From the human T2T-CHM13v2.0 reference genome, Homo sapiens: DNA of 64,000 nt. Shown here piece after piece: positions 16,559 to 30,789 of this stretch. Made by a program: the position numbers and the translations under genes. The stretch lies in NCBI RefSeq assembly GCF_009914755.1, contig NC_060929.1; one strand, written 5' to 3'. The notes under the pieces were generated by a model, which made no database searches, had not been told where the DNA came from, and was given only the letters and a program-made list of their open reading frames with translations. Numbering within the stretch: position 1 is the stretch's first letter; each line of letters opens with the position of its first letter.

Positions 16559-19434
16559 AACCAGACCCTCTACTCCAGCCCTTGCCCTTTCAGGCTGGGA
16601 TGAGGGAAGGAGGGCTAAGTCTTGGAAGGAGAGATTCCTGGATTAACTTCCTCAGCCCACAACGACTGGCAGTTGCCACCCACTCCAGCCATGTGCCTGT
16701 TCTCACCCACCCACAGGGTTGCCAAGGCCTGAGGGAGGTGGCACTGGCAGAAACCATAATTAGGGATTTCATCATATACTTTAGCTAGAATTGAGAACAA
16801 ATTCTTCCTTACAACATGCAAATCTATTGTTCGACTTTCAAACATCCAACTAACTTTCAAACACATTTTTGGGAACCCATTAGATACGTAAGGAAGACAC
16901 TACCTCTTCTGAACTGTAGACATGGCCTTGAAATTCAGACAAGAGCATGTCCAGGGTTGACACAATAATGGAAGATTCAAAAAACACGTGATGAAAGAGA
17001 ACATGGAGGTCAGCAAACATGGTCCAGCAAGGTCCAGGTTGCACCAAGGCAAGCACAGACCCAGAAGCTATGAGGGAAGGAAAGGGGGAAGTACAAAGAG
17101 GGTCTTCATCCCTCCTGTGTCCCTGGCTTCAAAGGAGTGAATTCCCATTCAATTTCATAAAAGACTTTTCACCATTTCCTATATAGACAAATTAAAGCAG
17201 CAAGTTGACCATCTGAATAATCTATTGTTATAGATCAATGTCTGGATATTACTGGGGGAGAGAGGTGTTTGAGCTTTGAGCTTTTTCTCAAAGGCTAAAG
17301 GGACAAATTTTAGGATTTTCCCAAATTATCTCAATAATTTTTTCAACCCTTCACTTCAGACAAAATATTTAAGGAAATGCTATTTCCATAGTATTCTTGG
17401 GTCATACCTATAGAGCCACAGCCAAGGGAGGGGCACAGGAGGGAAGAAGGAGGGGTAGAGTCACCCAGATTACCTGTCTGGTTGCTTAGACTGGTCCAAT
17501 TTCACTAAGAATCACACAAACCTCTTCATTCCTTCTGCTTTGTTCACCTGACCTTTTTCAATTTCTTTTTCCTTTCTCCATTACCCTAAGGGAGTAATCT
17601 AGCCACTCTGGCTTTCTTTGCATGCAAAATGTAACAGTTCCTTCTTTCGTCTTTCAGATAAAGGCAGTCTTGGGGAGGGGAAGAGAAAAGTGCCTGGCTT
17701 CTCCAAATTAGCTCTGAAATAAAAGTCACTGCCAGATGTTATATAAAAGGTGACGTAATCCTAAAGTACTTCATTACATATGCAGCTCTGCTGTTCAGCC
17801 CAGGAGGAGTTTATTACATTTTGTCGATCCCATTTTCTATACCCACATCATTTTTACATAATTTTTCCTGCCTGACAGACATCTTCACATTTTCACAGCA
17901 ACCCATCAAGATAGCGTTACAACAGCACAGGGAACCAGGCTAGCAGTTTACAAATAATGGTGTTAATAAGTCAGATTTGTCCCTGAGATACAAATCAGGA
18001 GTAAATGGTCTATCCATGTGTGTGAAAAGCACATCTATTTCAGAATAACAGGGAAGAAAGCAGAGCACCATTTCAACTGGCACCGTGTTCCTTCAGAACA
18101 CGTACCAAACCTATTCGACAAGTAGGAAAATGGAGAAATGTCAATCTAAAGTTATTCTTGCAATTCTTTTCGTTTTCCTAATAAATTCTTGGCTCAGAGT
18201 GAAATAGATGACCATGGAAAATGCATTAAGATCAAACTTCCTGCCTTTTTGGATTGCACAAAATTTAGAAGAAAATACACCATTCGTACCAATGAAGTAT
18301 CTAGCTACTGAGATGCTTTAAGTGCAAACACTGAGAGACACTTCCTCCCACTCGCCAGGTGCTAAGCATCCTTCCCTGTCTCCCTGGGCACTCATGGCCC
18401 CACTGCCCCCTGATGGTAAAAAGCAGCAGTGCAGGCTGGACCATTCTTCAAGGAGGATTGACAGACTGGAGTGGACGGTTCAAAGGCATTTGCCTTAAGG
18501 TCAGTGTGAGAGGCCAAAGACACTGAGCTCCTAGTTACTAGTCAGAAACAAACTTATGCGACTCAGAATTCCAGTGGGATAAGAAAATGCCTGTGACTCC
18601 CACCCCAAGGAATCATACATAGAAGGAAATTTCATCTTTAGAACCTCCTTCAGCCTTAAGGAAAGATCCCTGTAAAAATGAACTTTGTGTTTTTAAACAG
18701 TAATTATAAACTTAGAGTAATGGAGGTTTTATTCTTTTATAAGAGTGGGACTTGGATATAGGAGAAGGGGAGATGTAAAGGCTTCATGGAGGAATTTTGA
18801 CCCCCTCCCTTCCACTCCCACCCCCTCACTGCCTAGAAAATAAGAGGTATTAGCAACTAGCCCCAAAATAAATGTACCTAATGTCATACTTTTATCCAAA
18901 GTCATCACATTCCATAGTTCTACAAGTAGTTTGTTTCACAGGTTCAAATTTTCTTCTCCTTTTTAAAGCAGTTTTTCTTTATATCAAAGTAATTCATGCA
19001 CATAGTATAAAGAGTCAAACTGTTCTACAGCAGTCCAAGCAGTCCCTACCTCGTGTTTCCTGCTCCCAGAAGGCAGATACTTCCAGCTCTTTTAACTGAA
19101 CCATTTACTTTTTACCTCTATATCTCTAAATGTCATGTTCATGTTGCTGCCTCTTGATTTTTTAGTTTAAGCTTCATATATTGACTTTGCACTATGGAAG
19201 ATGACTTCATAAGTACCCGCACACACATACACAACCCCACCATACATATATACTTCCCAGTATAATTTTGGTAAGAGCAATAATCAATATTTATAGAGCT
19301 ATAACTATTAAATTCTTGACCACAAAGCCATGTGGTATATCCTGTTCACATTTCCTTTCCTGAACAAGTTTATATTTTCCCTGGAATTAAAAAAACAGTC
19401 TTTTCTTCACATGCTATGTTTTATATGTATTGAT

Positions 19435-20258
19435 TATATTAGTTTCCTAGGACTGCCATAACCAAGTACCACAAACCAGGTGGCTTTAAACAACAGAAGT
19501 TTATTGTCTTATAGTTCTGGAGACTAAAAGTCTAAAATTAAGTTATCACCAAGGCCATGCCCTCTCTGCAGGCTCTTCCTGCCCCCTTCAGCTTTTGGCA
19601 TTTGCCAGCAATCCTCAGCAGCCCTTGGCTTGCAGATGTGTCACTCCAATCTCTGCCTTGTTACTTGTTATATGGCCTTTTCCTTTTTTACTTTTTTTTT
19701 TTTAACAGGGTCTCACTCTGTTGCCCAGACTGGAGTGCATTGGCATGATCATGGCTAACTGCAGCCTCAATTTCCTGGGCTCAAGCCTTCCTCCTCCCAC
19801 CTCAGCCTCCCAAGTAGCTAGGAGTACAGGTACATGCCACCACTTCTAGCTAATTTTTTTTTTTTTTTGGAGAGACAGGGTCTCACTATGTTGCCCAGGC
19901 TGGTCTCAAACTCCTGGCCTCAAGCAATCCTCCCACCTCAGCCTCCCACAGTGCTGGGTTTACAGTTGTGGGCTACTGCACCTGGCCTATGTGGCCTTTT
20001 TCCACGTGTGTGTCTGTCTTCACATGGCATCTCTTCTCTATGTGTGTCTGTCTCTGTGTCTCTTCTCTTGTTATAAGAACACCAGTCATCTTGGATTAAG
20101 GGCCTACTCTACTCTTGTATGACCTCATTTTTAACTGACTTCTTAATTATGTCTACAAAGACCCTGTTTCCAATAAGTCATGTTCCCAGGTACCCAGAGT
20201 TAGGACTTCAACATATCTTTAGTTGGAGGTGGCAGCGAGAGCACAATTCAGCCCACAC
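19435..20258 (-). mobile_element. MLT1C-like MaLR LTR interrupted by an AluJ
   Basis: tattagtttcctaggactgccataaccaagtaccacaaac...accagtcatcttggattaagggcc. Confidence 0.85.
19684..19987 (-). mobile_element. AluJ
   Basis: J-type Alu reverse complement. Confidence 0.9.
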
Positions 20259-20439
20259 TGATCTCCACTAATTTATCCCCAACTCTGAGCAATTGTCTAA
20301 GTCTCCTCTGAGTATATTCAAACATTATCTATTTTCTATCAATCAGGTTTCACCTTCTGTGTCAGTTCACTCTCAAATGGGCTTTCTCTTTATAATTGGC
20401 TACAACTACAGCACATATCCTTTCAGGTTCAAGTGGAAA

Positions 20440-20690
20440 AACAGGACATATTTCTCCCTCAGTAGCCTCATTGGCTCCCCAGGATCACATGCCAATCTCC
20501 AACCAGTCACTATAGGCAGGAGAAGACTGCACGCATGTGACTTAATCCTGGGTTATATGCTCCCTAGATAGAGCTGGGCATAAGACCAGCTTTATTTTAC
20601 TAAATGACCTGATCCTGGAGAAGAGAGGATTCCACAAAGGGTGAATGGATGGATACTGAACACCAAAACTAAATTAACATCCACTACTGC
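20440..20690. mobile_element. MLT1J-like LTR fragment
   Basis: ctcattggc...gatcacatgccaatctccaaccagtcact...catccactac. Confidence 0.5.
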
Positions 20691-22311
20691 AGCCTGTTAG
20701 AAAACACTTTAAGAGGGGTCATGTTCTCCCCAAGACTGGAACACAGATTTTGTCCTTCCAGAGAATTTCATAATAATCTCTTCCTTCCAGGAAGTTTCAG
20801 GAAGCAAAAAAGATATTGAACAAAAAATACATTCAGATCTACATTTTCTCCTTTTTCTGCTTTCATAGAGATTAATCTGGTAATATCTGAGGGAAAAAAT
20901 ACATGTCACTTTAGTACATTTTTACATCCTAAATTGTTTGGAGAGAAGGTACTTATTATCCCAAATACAAAATGTCATACACACGGAGGGAAATATCCTC
21001 TGGTCAAATCCCCATGATTTCAAATAGAATGACGCAGAAAATAAAAAATTCCAGCCAGGCAGGCAATAACCATCCTGTTCATAAAAACGCTCTCCTGCTG
21101 AGATGCCACAAGAAGTTTTCTTCAAATGAGCTTTCACACTGCAATCTAGTTGTCCAACATCATCTCTTGCCATCTGTGAAGAGTTTGGGAAACAATGGCC
21201 TCATTCCCCTCTCCACCTGACAGCATCTGCCTCTGTGAAGGAGTTCAGAAATGGTGAACTTTGAGTTTTCTTTCCATCCGTTTTCCTTTCTTTTTTTTTT
21301 CTGCTTTTGACCTAATTTTTTACATTTTTGAACTACAGATCACAAACTTTAAACATTAACCTTGTTCACTGGAACAGATTGCTTGAATCTAAGAAAAATT
21401 AATGATCTTTTCCTGTCAGAGCACTTCGATCAAAGCAAAACAAAGAACATAGGAACTAAGATGACAAAATCGAAAAGAAAAATAGGGGAAAATGGGAGAG
21501 GATGGAGTCAGAAGGAAGCTAGGAAAAGAGAAAGCCAGAGAAACCAAGGAATAAAAAAAAGTGGATATGACTCAGAACCATTTAAAATAATTTTTTTTAA
21601 AGTGGAGGGAATAAAAAAGATGAGAAAAACCCTAACCTAGGCTTGAGGACCTGCACTGTGGCCAACTGCTTCAACCCAACCCTGTGCACCTGTCGGGGTG
21701 GCCTCTCTGGGCCTCAGTCTTCCCCCACTGGGTGGAGTGACCCAACACATCTCCTGAGCCCCTTCAGTTCCAAGACATGTGATCTTGAGTCCTCCACAAG
21801 GGCTATGGAAGAGGTGGGAGCCACCTACTCAGTTAACACTCACATGGCAGGTGCCTACCCAGGAGGGGCATCATCCCTGTGAGGATGACAATCGAGCAGC
21901 CCATTGCAGGGGCTGGCTTTCGCACTGCCTTTGCCGATAGAGCTGTCTTCTGCTCTCTGAGATCAGAAGGAGATCTAAGTGCTGGATATAAAGCTGCCAA
22001 ACCAGCAGGCCCAAGAGAGGCACTCTAAGAGGAGTATTTCCTAAAAACGCAGCATTGAAAATGACAAATCTTGACAACCCATTCCCAGAACCCATCACCT
22101 AGCCTTCCCTGGGGTTTTAACAGTTTAAAAAACAGTGAGCTGCCTATTCCAGGTGATGGTAGCAACAAGGCCTAATTCCCAGACCAATGCCCTCAGCCAA
22201 ATACACCAAAGCAGAGATATAAGCTCTTCTATAACTTATTCTCTCTTCTATTTGCTGCAGGTAAGCTCCTGAAATTTTATAAAGTATTGAGTATTGAGAA
22301 ATTTGGGCCAG

Positions 22312-22353
22312 CAGTGATTTTCAACCCTGAGACATTCAACTCAGCTAGAGAGT

Positions 22354-22393
<40 letters not shown>

Positions 22394-22491
22394 CTTCCTT
22401 ATTTAATTGATCTGATGGGGGATCCAGGCATCAGCCTTTTTTAACCACTTCCCAGGTGATTCTAACACGAGGCTAGTGTGAGAACCACGGG
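22312..22491. mobile_element. MER5-type hAT MITE containing a (TG)n microsatellite (22358-22390)
   Basis: cagtgattttcaacc...ccaggcatcag...cccaggtgattctaa...tgagaaccac. Confidence 0.75.
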
Positions 22492-22871
22492 GCAGAGGGA
22501 TTGCAGTGTTTCCAGGGCGTTCCAAGTAGCAGGCAGAGCCTCAGACACATCTGCTTTACATTCCCATTGTTAAAAACTTGTCATTCTTAGCAGAAGGGAA
22601 ATTCCACCCACAATAGCAGTAGATGCTGTGTACTTTGGTCTGGCTTCTCTAACCCTCATAGAACCTGCAGCTGGTACAGACATTCCCCAAGCAAGCAAGG
22701 GTCCTAGAAAGCTACCGAATTCTCGCTAAACCAGTGCCATTTTAAACTTAAAGCTGACTTTGCCACATCAGAACTTACACTAATAATCCATGTACCTCCA
22801 CATAAGGGAATGTATTTCAATGCCAAGCTCTTCAGGTTCTATAACATATTCATTGACAAAGCTACATCTTA

Positions 22872-23319
<448 letters not shown>

Positions 23320-23434
23320 CTATCTCACAGTGAATTTTTAAAGTAAATTATCTGGCTTCTGTGGCCATCAATTTTCACTTTTGAAATTTGGCAATGATAA
23401 TCCTCACTGTAACCTACCAACCACATATTTGGCC

Positions 23435-23615
23435 CTTACAATGTATCAGGCACTCTAAGCTCTAGTATCTAGAGATGGACTAACCCTACAAAACAAGCAC
23501 CATTTTTCCAAGTTCTCAATGAGATACCTCATGGCTAGTAACTGTTAGAACTGGGATTTAAATTCAAATCTGCCTGACTCCAAAAACAACAATCTTTTCA
23601 CAATGCTCTACTGCC
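23435..23615 (-). mobile_element. MIR SINE
   Basis: agaactgggatttaaattcaaatctgcctgactccaaa. Confidence 0.6.
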
Positions 23616-24362
23616 CACAGAAAATCTGTTGGAAGGTCAGTAACACAACAATAAAAGTAAATATTTGTATAGCAAATAACAGCATCACCCCAATGTTCTT
23701 TCCTACCCTGAGCCAAAGAAAGGCATTTTTAAGTCCCAGCCTTAACATCCTCAATCATGTCAAAGAAAAGTCCGTAAAGCAACCAAGTCCTCTGAGAATG
23801 GAAATTCTTCCTGGTTAATTTGTGGGGTGTGTTATAAAGTCACTACTAAATTGTTGTGTAATCAGGTCCTATAGACATTGACTCATTATGACCAGTAGAG
23901 TGGGAACCGGAAGGTCCAAGAGACAGATGGACATATTTTGCAGTCAAGTAGGAAAGAAAATTATCACCAAGCAATGCCAATTCCTATGCAGGCCAGGCTC
24001 CCTGAGAGGGAAAGGAGATTTTGAGCATATGTCAGGAATATTTATTCAGCCACATTCAAAGCCAGATACACTCAGTGCCTACCCTCCCCAGTCTAATGGT
24101 GGAGTGTTAACCAAATAATCTCACAAACATGATTATGTGAAAAGCGCTAGGAAGGAAAAGCACAGTATCTTTTGACAGCATATAACGGAGCACTTCATCT
24201 AAATGGAGGGCAGGGAGCAGGCACATATAGTGAAGAAAGCCTTCCCTGAAGAATTTTTATTTTCTGAGTAAGAGTTAACTGTTCCCAAGTTAGCTGATGC
24301 TACATTCTGGATTATGTAACAATGATGGCCAGACATGATCTACTGCCCTACCTTTATCATCA

Positions 24363-24693
24363 TCTTCTTCTTCTTCTTCTTCTTCTTCTTCTTCTTCTTC
24401 TTCTTCTTCTTCTTCTTCTTCTTTCTTCTTCTTCTTCTTCTTCTTCTTCCTCTTCCTCTTCCTCCTCTTCCTCTTCCTCTTCCTCTTCCTCTTCTTCTTC
24501 TTCCTCTTCTTCTTCTTCTTCCTCTTCTTCTTCTTCTTTTTCTTCCTCTTCTTCCTCTTCTTCCTCTTCTTCCTCTTCCTCTTCTTCCTCTTCTTCCTCT
24601 TCTTCTTTCTTCTTCTTCTTCCTCTTCTTCCTCTTCTTCCTCTTCCTCTTCTTCCTCTTCCTCTTCTTCCTCTTCTTCCTCTTCTTTTTTTTT
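24363..24693. repeat. (CTT)n/(CCT)n pure polypyrimidine microsatellite (GAA/GGA on the minus strand), Alu-tail derived
   Basis: 331 nt with no purine; perfect (CTT)20 at 24364-24423, then mixed CTT/CCT. Confidence 0.98.
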
Positions 24694-25007
<314 letters not shown>

Positions 25008-26354
25008 TAAGATAATGGACATGAGCCATTCAAGTTGTCTGTAACTCCTGATTTTTCTGGCCTTCTCCTCTTCAAAGGCTTGAGTTTCTAGGTTTTAGTC
25101 TTAATGACATGAATCCACACCCCTCCCTTTTCCTGCCCCCACTGTTCTCCTCTTCCTCACTCTTAACACCCAGCCTAACAACTGCATAGCCATGAGCTAA
25201 CGGCAATTGTCCCGTATCTTCAAAGACAAGAATATTAGTGTTCTTTCCAGCCTTTTTGGAACAAAGAAAGTTGACCACAGCTCTCTACAAGCCAAGTGAA
25301 TTGACTACATACCTATAACATTTGGTCAGCTACATCCAGCCAGGCTTGTCTTACATAAGCAAGGAAAAACATCACCATAATGTACAAGCCCCTACCTTAT
25401 TGGGTATGTTATACAAACGCTGGAGGGATATTGTACTTTGAATATTTAAATCCCAGTAGAGTTGGCCGTTCTCACAGAGACAACCCAGACTTGAAGAAAG
25501 ACTGTCCTTCTCTTCTCAGTTATTAGTAGGCAGCAGCCGCCTCGCCATCCCTTCCAGAGTCAGGAAAGGCTATTATCTGCCTCATGGATTTAGTGAAGCA
25601 AATAGAAGTTTGATTTCTTTTCAGATAAAAGAGAGGATGCAAATGAGAATTTTATCTTGCCTGGAGGAGTGACAAAGTAGGAGAATGAATCCTACTTGAT
25701 TACAATCTTCCATCATTCTGATTTTATAATTACTGAATGGAATCAATCAGCTTTCAATTGTTACCTTGGTGAAAGATTAAAACATCATTACTTGTCCTAC
25801 ATATTTCACACTTTAGCAAATTTTAATAAACGGAATGCATAAGAAATGGTTATACTATCTTTCATGATATTGGGATGCTAATGACATCTCTATTGATTTT
25901 AATTCACATTTGTTGGTCAAAACGAGTCATTCTCCAGTGAGGCATAGCATCCTATAATCAACACTAACAAATGGAGACCACTGAACATTGAAATGGCCCA
26001 AATGAAATCATTAATCAGAAATACCATAAAATGATTGCCAAAAAACTAGGGAGGTCTTATCTTCCTAATGAACATCTTTTACAGTATATTGATTCATTTG
26101 TAACTTTTGCACATTGGTGATTTCACTATTAAAATATTTTTAAATACATATATAAATAGCATTTCAAAAAGGCAAAATTGGGAGCACATCAATTTATCGA
26201 TGAAGGGGATCATAGGCACCTCCATATAAAAGGTGAAAACAACTCCTGAAGATCATAGAGTACAAATAACTCTTCCTTAAAACTATTTGAGTCTGGAAAA
26301 TTTGTAGCCCAATATGGGAAAAGACCACACAGAATTATCAGATAACGTAATACA

Positions 26355-26530
26355 GAATAAGAATTAAGTGCGTGGGTCTTGTAGTTAGATGTCAGGGCTT
26401 CAAATAACTTTGGCCACTTTACGTGTGTGTGCCTCAGTCCTCTCATCTGTAAAATAGGGATAAAATAATAATGCCCACTTCAGAGTGCTGTTCTGGGGAT
26501 GACATGTGATCACATTTCAGCATACTCCAG
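26355..26530 (+). mobile_element. MIR SINE
   Basis: gtgcctcagtcctctcatctgtaaaatagggataaaata core. Confidence 0.8.
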
Positions 26531-26846
26531 TCTGCTGAAATTTGTGAAACTGCATTTCCGCAATTAAAAACAGCATTACATTTCACATGTGTGAAATTTT
26601 GATTCTCCCAAATTCTCTGTTTACATTTTTTCCAATACTTATTCTTCTCAATAGTTAGTAAATTGGACCATACTTCCTAGGAGACTAATCAACCGTGGGA
26701 GGGTCAGGTATGCAGAGTTGAGACCTGCAAGAGGTAAAGAGTAAGGGTGATAAGGAGATGAGAGAGAGCAAACTGTTAAATGCTCAACAATGTGAACCTT
26801 TACCCCCACAGCCCCTGTCTTTAATAGTCCTATAAAAATCATGATA

Positions 26847-27157
<311 letters not shown>

Positions 27158-27729
27158 GTCATGATAAATGCCCTCTGTGGAATTCCATTTCTTGTAAAAG
27201 GTGGAAAAGGCAAAGTTTTGCTCTGAGAGAATAAAATACAGACAGCCCTGGAAATACATGAGACTGGAAACTAGGGATCCCAGCTATATAAGAGCAAGCA
27301 TCTGCAGAGAGTTGCTGGAAGGGTACTGGCGGCATGTGGGCTGAGTCTGCTTGACTCTTCAGGAGACAGGCAGTGGAGGGATGACAATGCAAGTCCCAGG
27401 TGACACCACCAGGATTTCAATATAAAATCAATCCCTCAAAAGCCCCATTTTCTCAATTTAAGATTCAATGGACTTCCTTTCCATTTGAGTTTTGAAAGAA
27501 CCTCATGACACCAATTCAACACACTGTTCTTCAAATTCCAGTTAAATTCATTCTGCCATCCTTTTTAATCAGCTTTTTATTATCCCACATCTTCCTTTAA
27601 GATTATTTGAAGCTATCAACTATTGAGATTTTGTAATCAAAGTGCTAGGTCAAAGCATCCCTTGTATCTGATTTAGAAAAACATTATGCAAGCCATTCAG
27701 GCCTTGACCACAATGATGACAAGTATAGC

Positions 27730-27910
27730 GGTTATTGTTTATGGAGCACTCATTATGAACCAGGCATCATGCTAATTGCTTTACTTACATTATTATATTT
27801 ACCTTCACAACATTCAGACACAGTAGTTTCCGTTATTAGAGATGAGAGAACTAAAGATAAGAGAAGTAATTGTCCAAGTTCATAAAGTTAGTGGTGAAAC
27901 CAGGATTAGT
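27730..27910 (-). mobile_element. MIR SINE
   Basis: gtttatggagcactcattatgaaccaggcatcatgctaattgctttac. Confidence 0.75.
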
Positions 27911-28109
27911 TCATTCCTTTAGCAACTATACATTAGGGGTATAATATATCAAATAAGCCACTTTAAAAATATATATATAGATTAAAGAAAAGAGAAATGC
28001 AGTAATATTTTTTAAGTATATTATCCACAAGAGCAACGTTCTCAACAAACTGAGAGCAATCACAAATAAATAGAGAGCTTCATATCAAAGACCTTGGAGT
28101 AGGTTTTAT

Positions 28110-28662
28110 TTTTCAGAATGAACCACATCCATACTTCCTATCTGACATGCCCTTAATGTAATTTTAACTGTGCTCACATCAAGATATGGTGGTCTAGTTT
28201 CCCTTCCTTGTATCTAGGAGGGCTTATGACTCTAATGCAAGTGACACTATGTACTTCTAAGACTAGTTCATAAAAGGTTCACAGTTTCTACCACGTTCTC
28301 TTGGGATGCTGCTCTTGGAACCCAGCTACCATACTATGGCAAAGCCCAACTATCAAGAACCCAGCTTTAGATGCTCCTGCTGACATCCCCAGCTGAGGTC
28401 TCAGCCAATAGTGAGCATCAACCTGTAGACGTATGAATGAAAGAGCCTTTGGATGGCTTTAGACCGCAGCAAACAAGTTGTCCCCAGTCTGCAAGTCTTC
28501 CCAACTGAGGCCCCATTCATCGTGGAGCAGAGATGAGCTGTACCCACTGTGCTGACTCAACTCTTCTGAATTTCTGACCTACGGTATCCATGAGCATGAT
28601 AAAATAGTTGCTGTTTTACAACAAATTTTGGTGGTATGTTACACAGCAATAGGATCTGGAAT
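28110..28662 (+). mobile_element. MLT1G-like MaLR LTR
   Basis: ctcttggaacccagctaccat...cagctgaggtctcagccaatagtgagcatcaac...cagcaataggatctggaata. Confidence 0.75.
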
Positions 28663-29189
28663 AGCATTCAACAAATATCATTGGTGTTTACTAATTAAGC
28701 ACCAAAGAATAAAAACATAAAATTGCAGATAGCCTAGAGAGTTGTGTCCACCTTTTCCTCAACTTTGGCCAAGTTACCCTTAGGTTCTTCCAAAAAGAAG
28801 AGCCTCTAAAGCTTAATGGAGAGTTTCTGAAATATTCATTAAAATGATCATGGTGGATACTACATTAAAGTAAGAAAAAGGTTTCTGGTATGATCTTAAG
28901 TGGAAAGAAAGCAGAATACCAATTTTCCTTCATGTTATGATTACTCTGGGTAAATGTTATGTATGCACATGGAAAAAAAAGTCTAGAAGCAAATATGGAA
29001 GCATTAAGATAATTGATCTGGTATTATAGTAAAATCTTATAAATTTTTTTCTCACAACTGACATATAACTTCTGTATTATAGATGGAAAATATGTTAAAA
29101 CAAAATCATCAGAGAAAGCCATTGGGCAAAGTTTCACTTTCCTCCTGGAAACTCATTCACATGACTGGAAACAACTTTCTTCATTACAT

Positions 29190-29480
29190 GGCGCCTCTCT
29201 GCCTCACTTTCTTTTCCCATAAAATGATGATGATAATAATAATAGCACTTATTTCGCAGGGTTGTTGTGAGAAGTAAGTTAATTTGGTAAAGCCTTAAAC
29301 AGTGCTTGCTGGGTGTGGTGGTGCACACCTGTAATCCTTGCTCTCCTGGAGGCTGAGGCAGGAGGATTGCTTGAGCCCAAGAGTTCAAGACCAGCCTGGG
29401 CAACATAGCAAGACCTTGTCTCAAAAAAAAGCTAGGGGGTGCTGGGGGTCAGGACACATGGAGATTAATAAACGTTAGCT
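29190..29480 (+). mobile_element. MIR interrupted by a FLAM/Alu left monomer (29308-29430)
   Basis: gcagggttgttgtgagaagt...aacagtgctt, then gctgggtgtggtggtgcacacctgtaatcc...caagaccttgtctcaaaa. Confidence 0.8.
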
Positions 29481-29589
29481 TGTGTTATTCTCTAATTCAA
29501 CTTCTAATAATATAGATTGCGGTTATCTCTGTTAATTCTGCCTTTAATTCCCAAACCCTACCACCAACAAGCACAAGAGGACAGGACAA

Positions 29590-29790
29590 CTAGGAATTGG
29601 GAGATCTTCGTCCTATGTCAACTAAGGAAAGGAGCTGTGTGACCTTGATCAAGTCTCTTGGCTTCCATTTCCTCAAGTGTAAAATGAAGTTTATGCCTAC
29701 TTTTCTGAGTTCTTATGAAAAACAACTGATATAAATGTGTAAGAAAAGATTTGGTCAAAGTCCAAAACACATGCTATTTGTCTTTCTTCT
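29590..29790 (+). mobile_element. MIR SINE
   Basis: agctgtgtgaccttgatcaagtctct...ttcctcaagtgtaaaatg. Confidence 0.7.
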
Positions 29791-29802
29791 TATTTTATCA
29801 AC

Positions 29803-30252
29803 TGTATTAGTTTGCTAGGGCTGCCTAACAAAGTACCACAAACTGAATGCTTACACACAGAAATTAGTTGCTCACAGTTCTGAAGTTTATAAGTTCAAGA
29901 TCAAGGTTAACAGGGTTGGTAACTTCTGAAGGCTGTGAGGAAGAATCTGTTTCCTGCCTTCTCTTCTTCTAGTGATTTGTGACCATTTTTGGCATTCTTT
30001 GGCTAGTAGACACATCACTCTGATCTCTGCCTTAATGTTTACCTGATGTCCTCCCTGTGTGCCTATCTATGTACAAATTTCCCTTGATTATAAGGACACC
30101 AGTCATATTGGATTAGGGCCCACTTTAATGACCTCGTTTTAACTTGATTGGCTCTGTAAAGATCCTGTCTCCAAATAAGGTCATATTCTGAGGTACTGGG
30201 AGTTAGGACTTCAGTATATGAATCTGGGAGGGACACAGCTGAACCCATAACA
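29803..30252 (-). mobile_element. MLT1C-like MaLR solo LTR
   Basis: tgtattagtttgctagggctgcc ... gaacccataaca; TG..CA termini, ~450 bp. Confidence 0.9.
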
Positions 30253-30789
30253 CCAAGGAAGACATGAGGATCTAAAATGGGTAGCGAGGTCATTTAGGGA
30301 GAGCAGGACACAAATCCAGCAGACGATGACAACTTGCTTGATGTGTAGAGAGAAATGTGTGAAACACGTGTTCTGAAATCCCAGACTAAGCAACTCTGGC
30401 TGGATCACTTTACGAACCTCAAATTCAGCCCAGATTCATAAATCCTTGAAGAAAATTCAAGCCAATTTTGGAGTTTCTGACAAGCTCCAGAGGCTGAATG
30501 GATCAGGCACAATTTCACTTGGTATTTAGGATTATTGAGTCTAACCTGAAACCTAATGCAAATTCATGGAACACAAACTCCTTACAAATTGAATAGATGC
30601 AAATACAAAGGGCTTCTGAGCCATCTGGACTGCACATGCTGAATGTTGGAAGTTTTTCCATCTCAATAACATGGGGGAGGCAGGGAGAACTAGGCTGGCA
30701 AGTTCTCCCCATCACCGACTCTGCAATGTAGTACATTTGCCACTCCTGTGAATTTGCATTATTTCAAATAGTGCAATACACAAAGTAAT

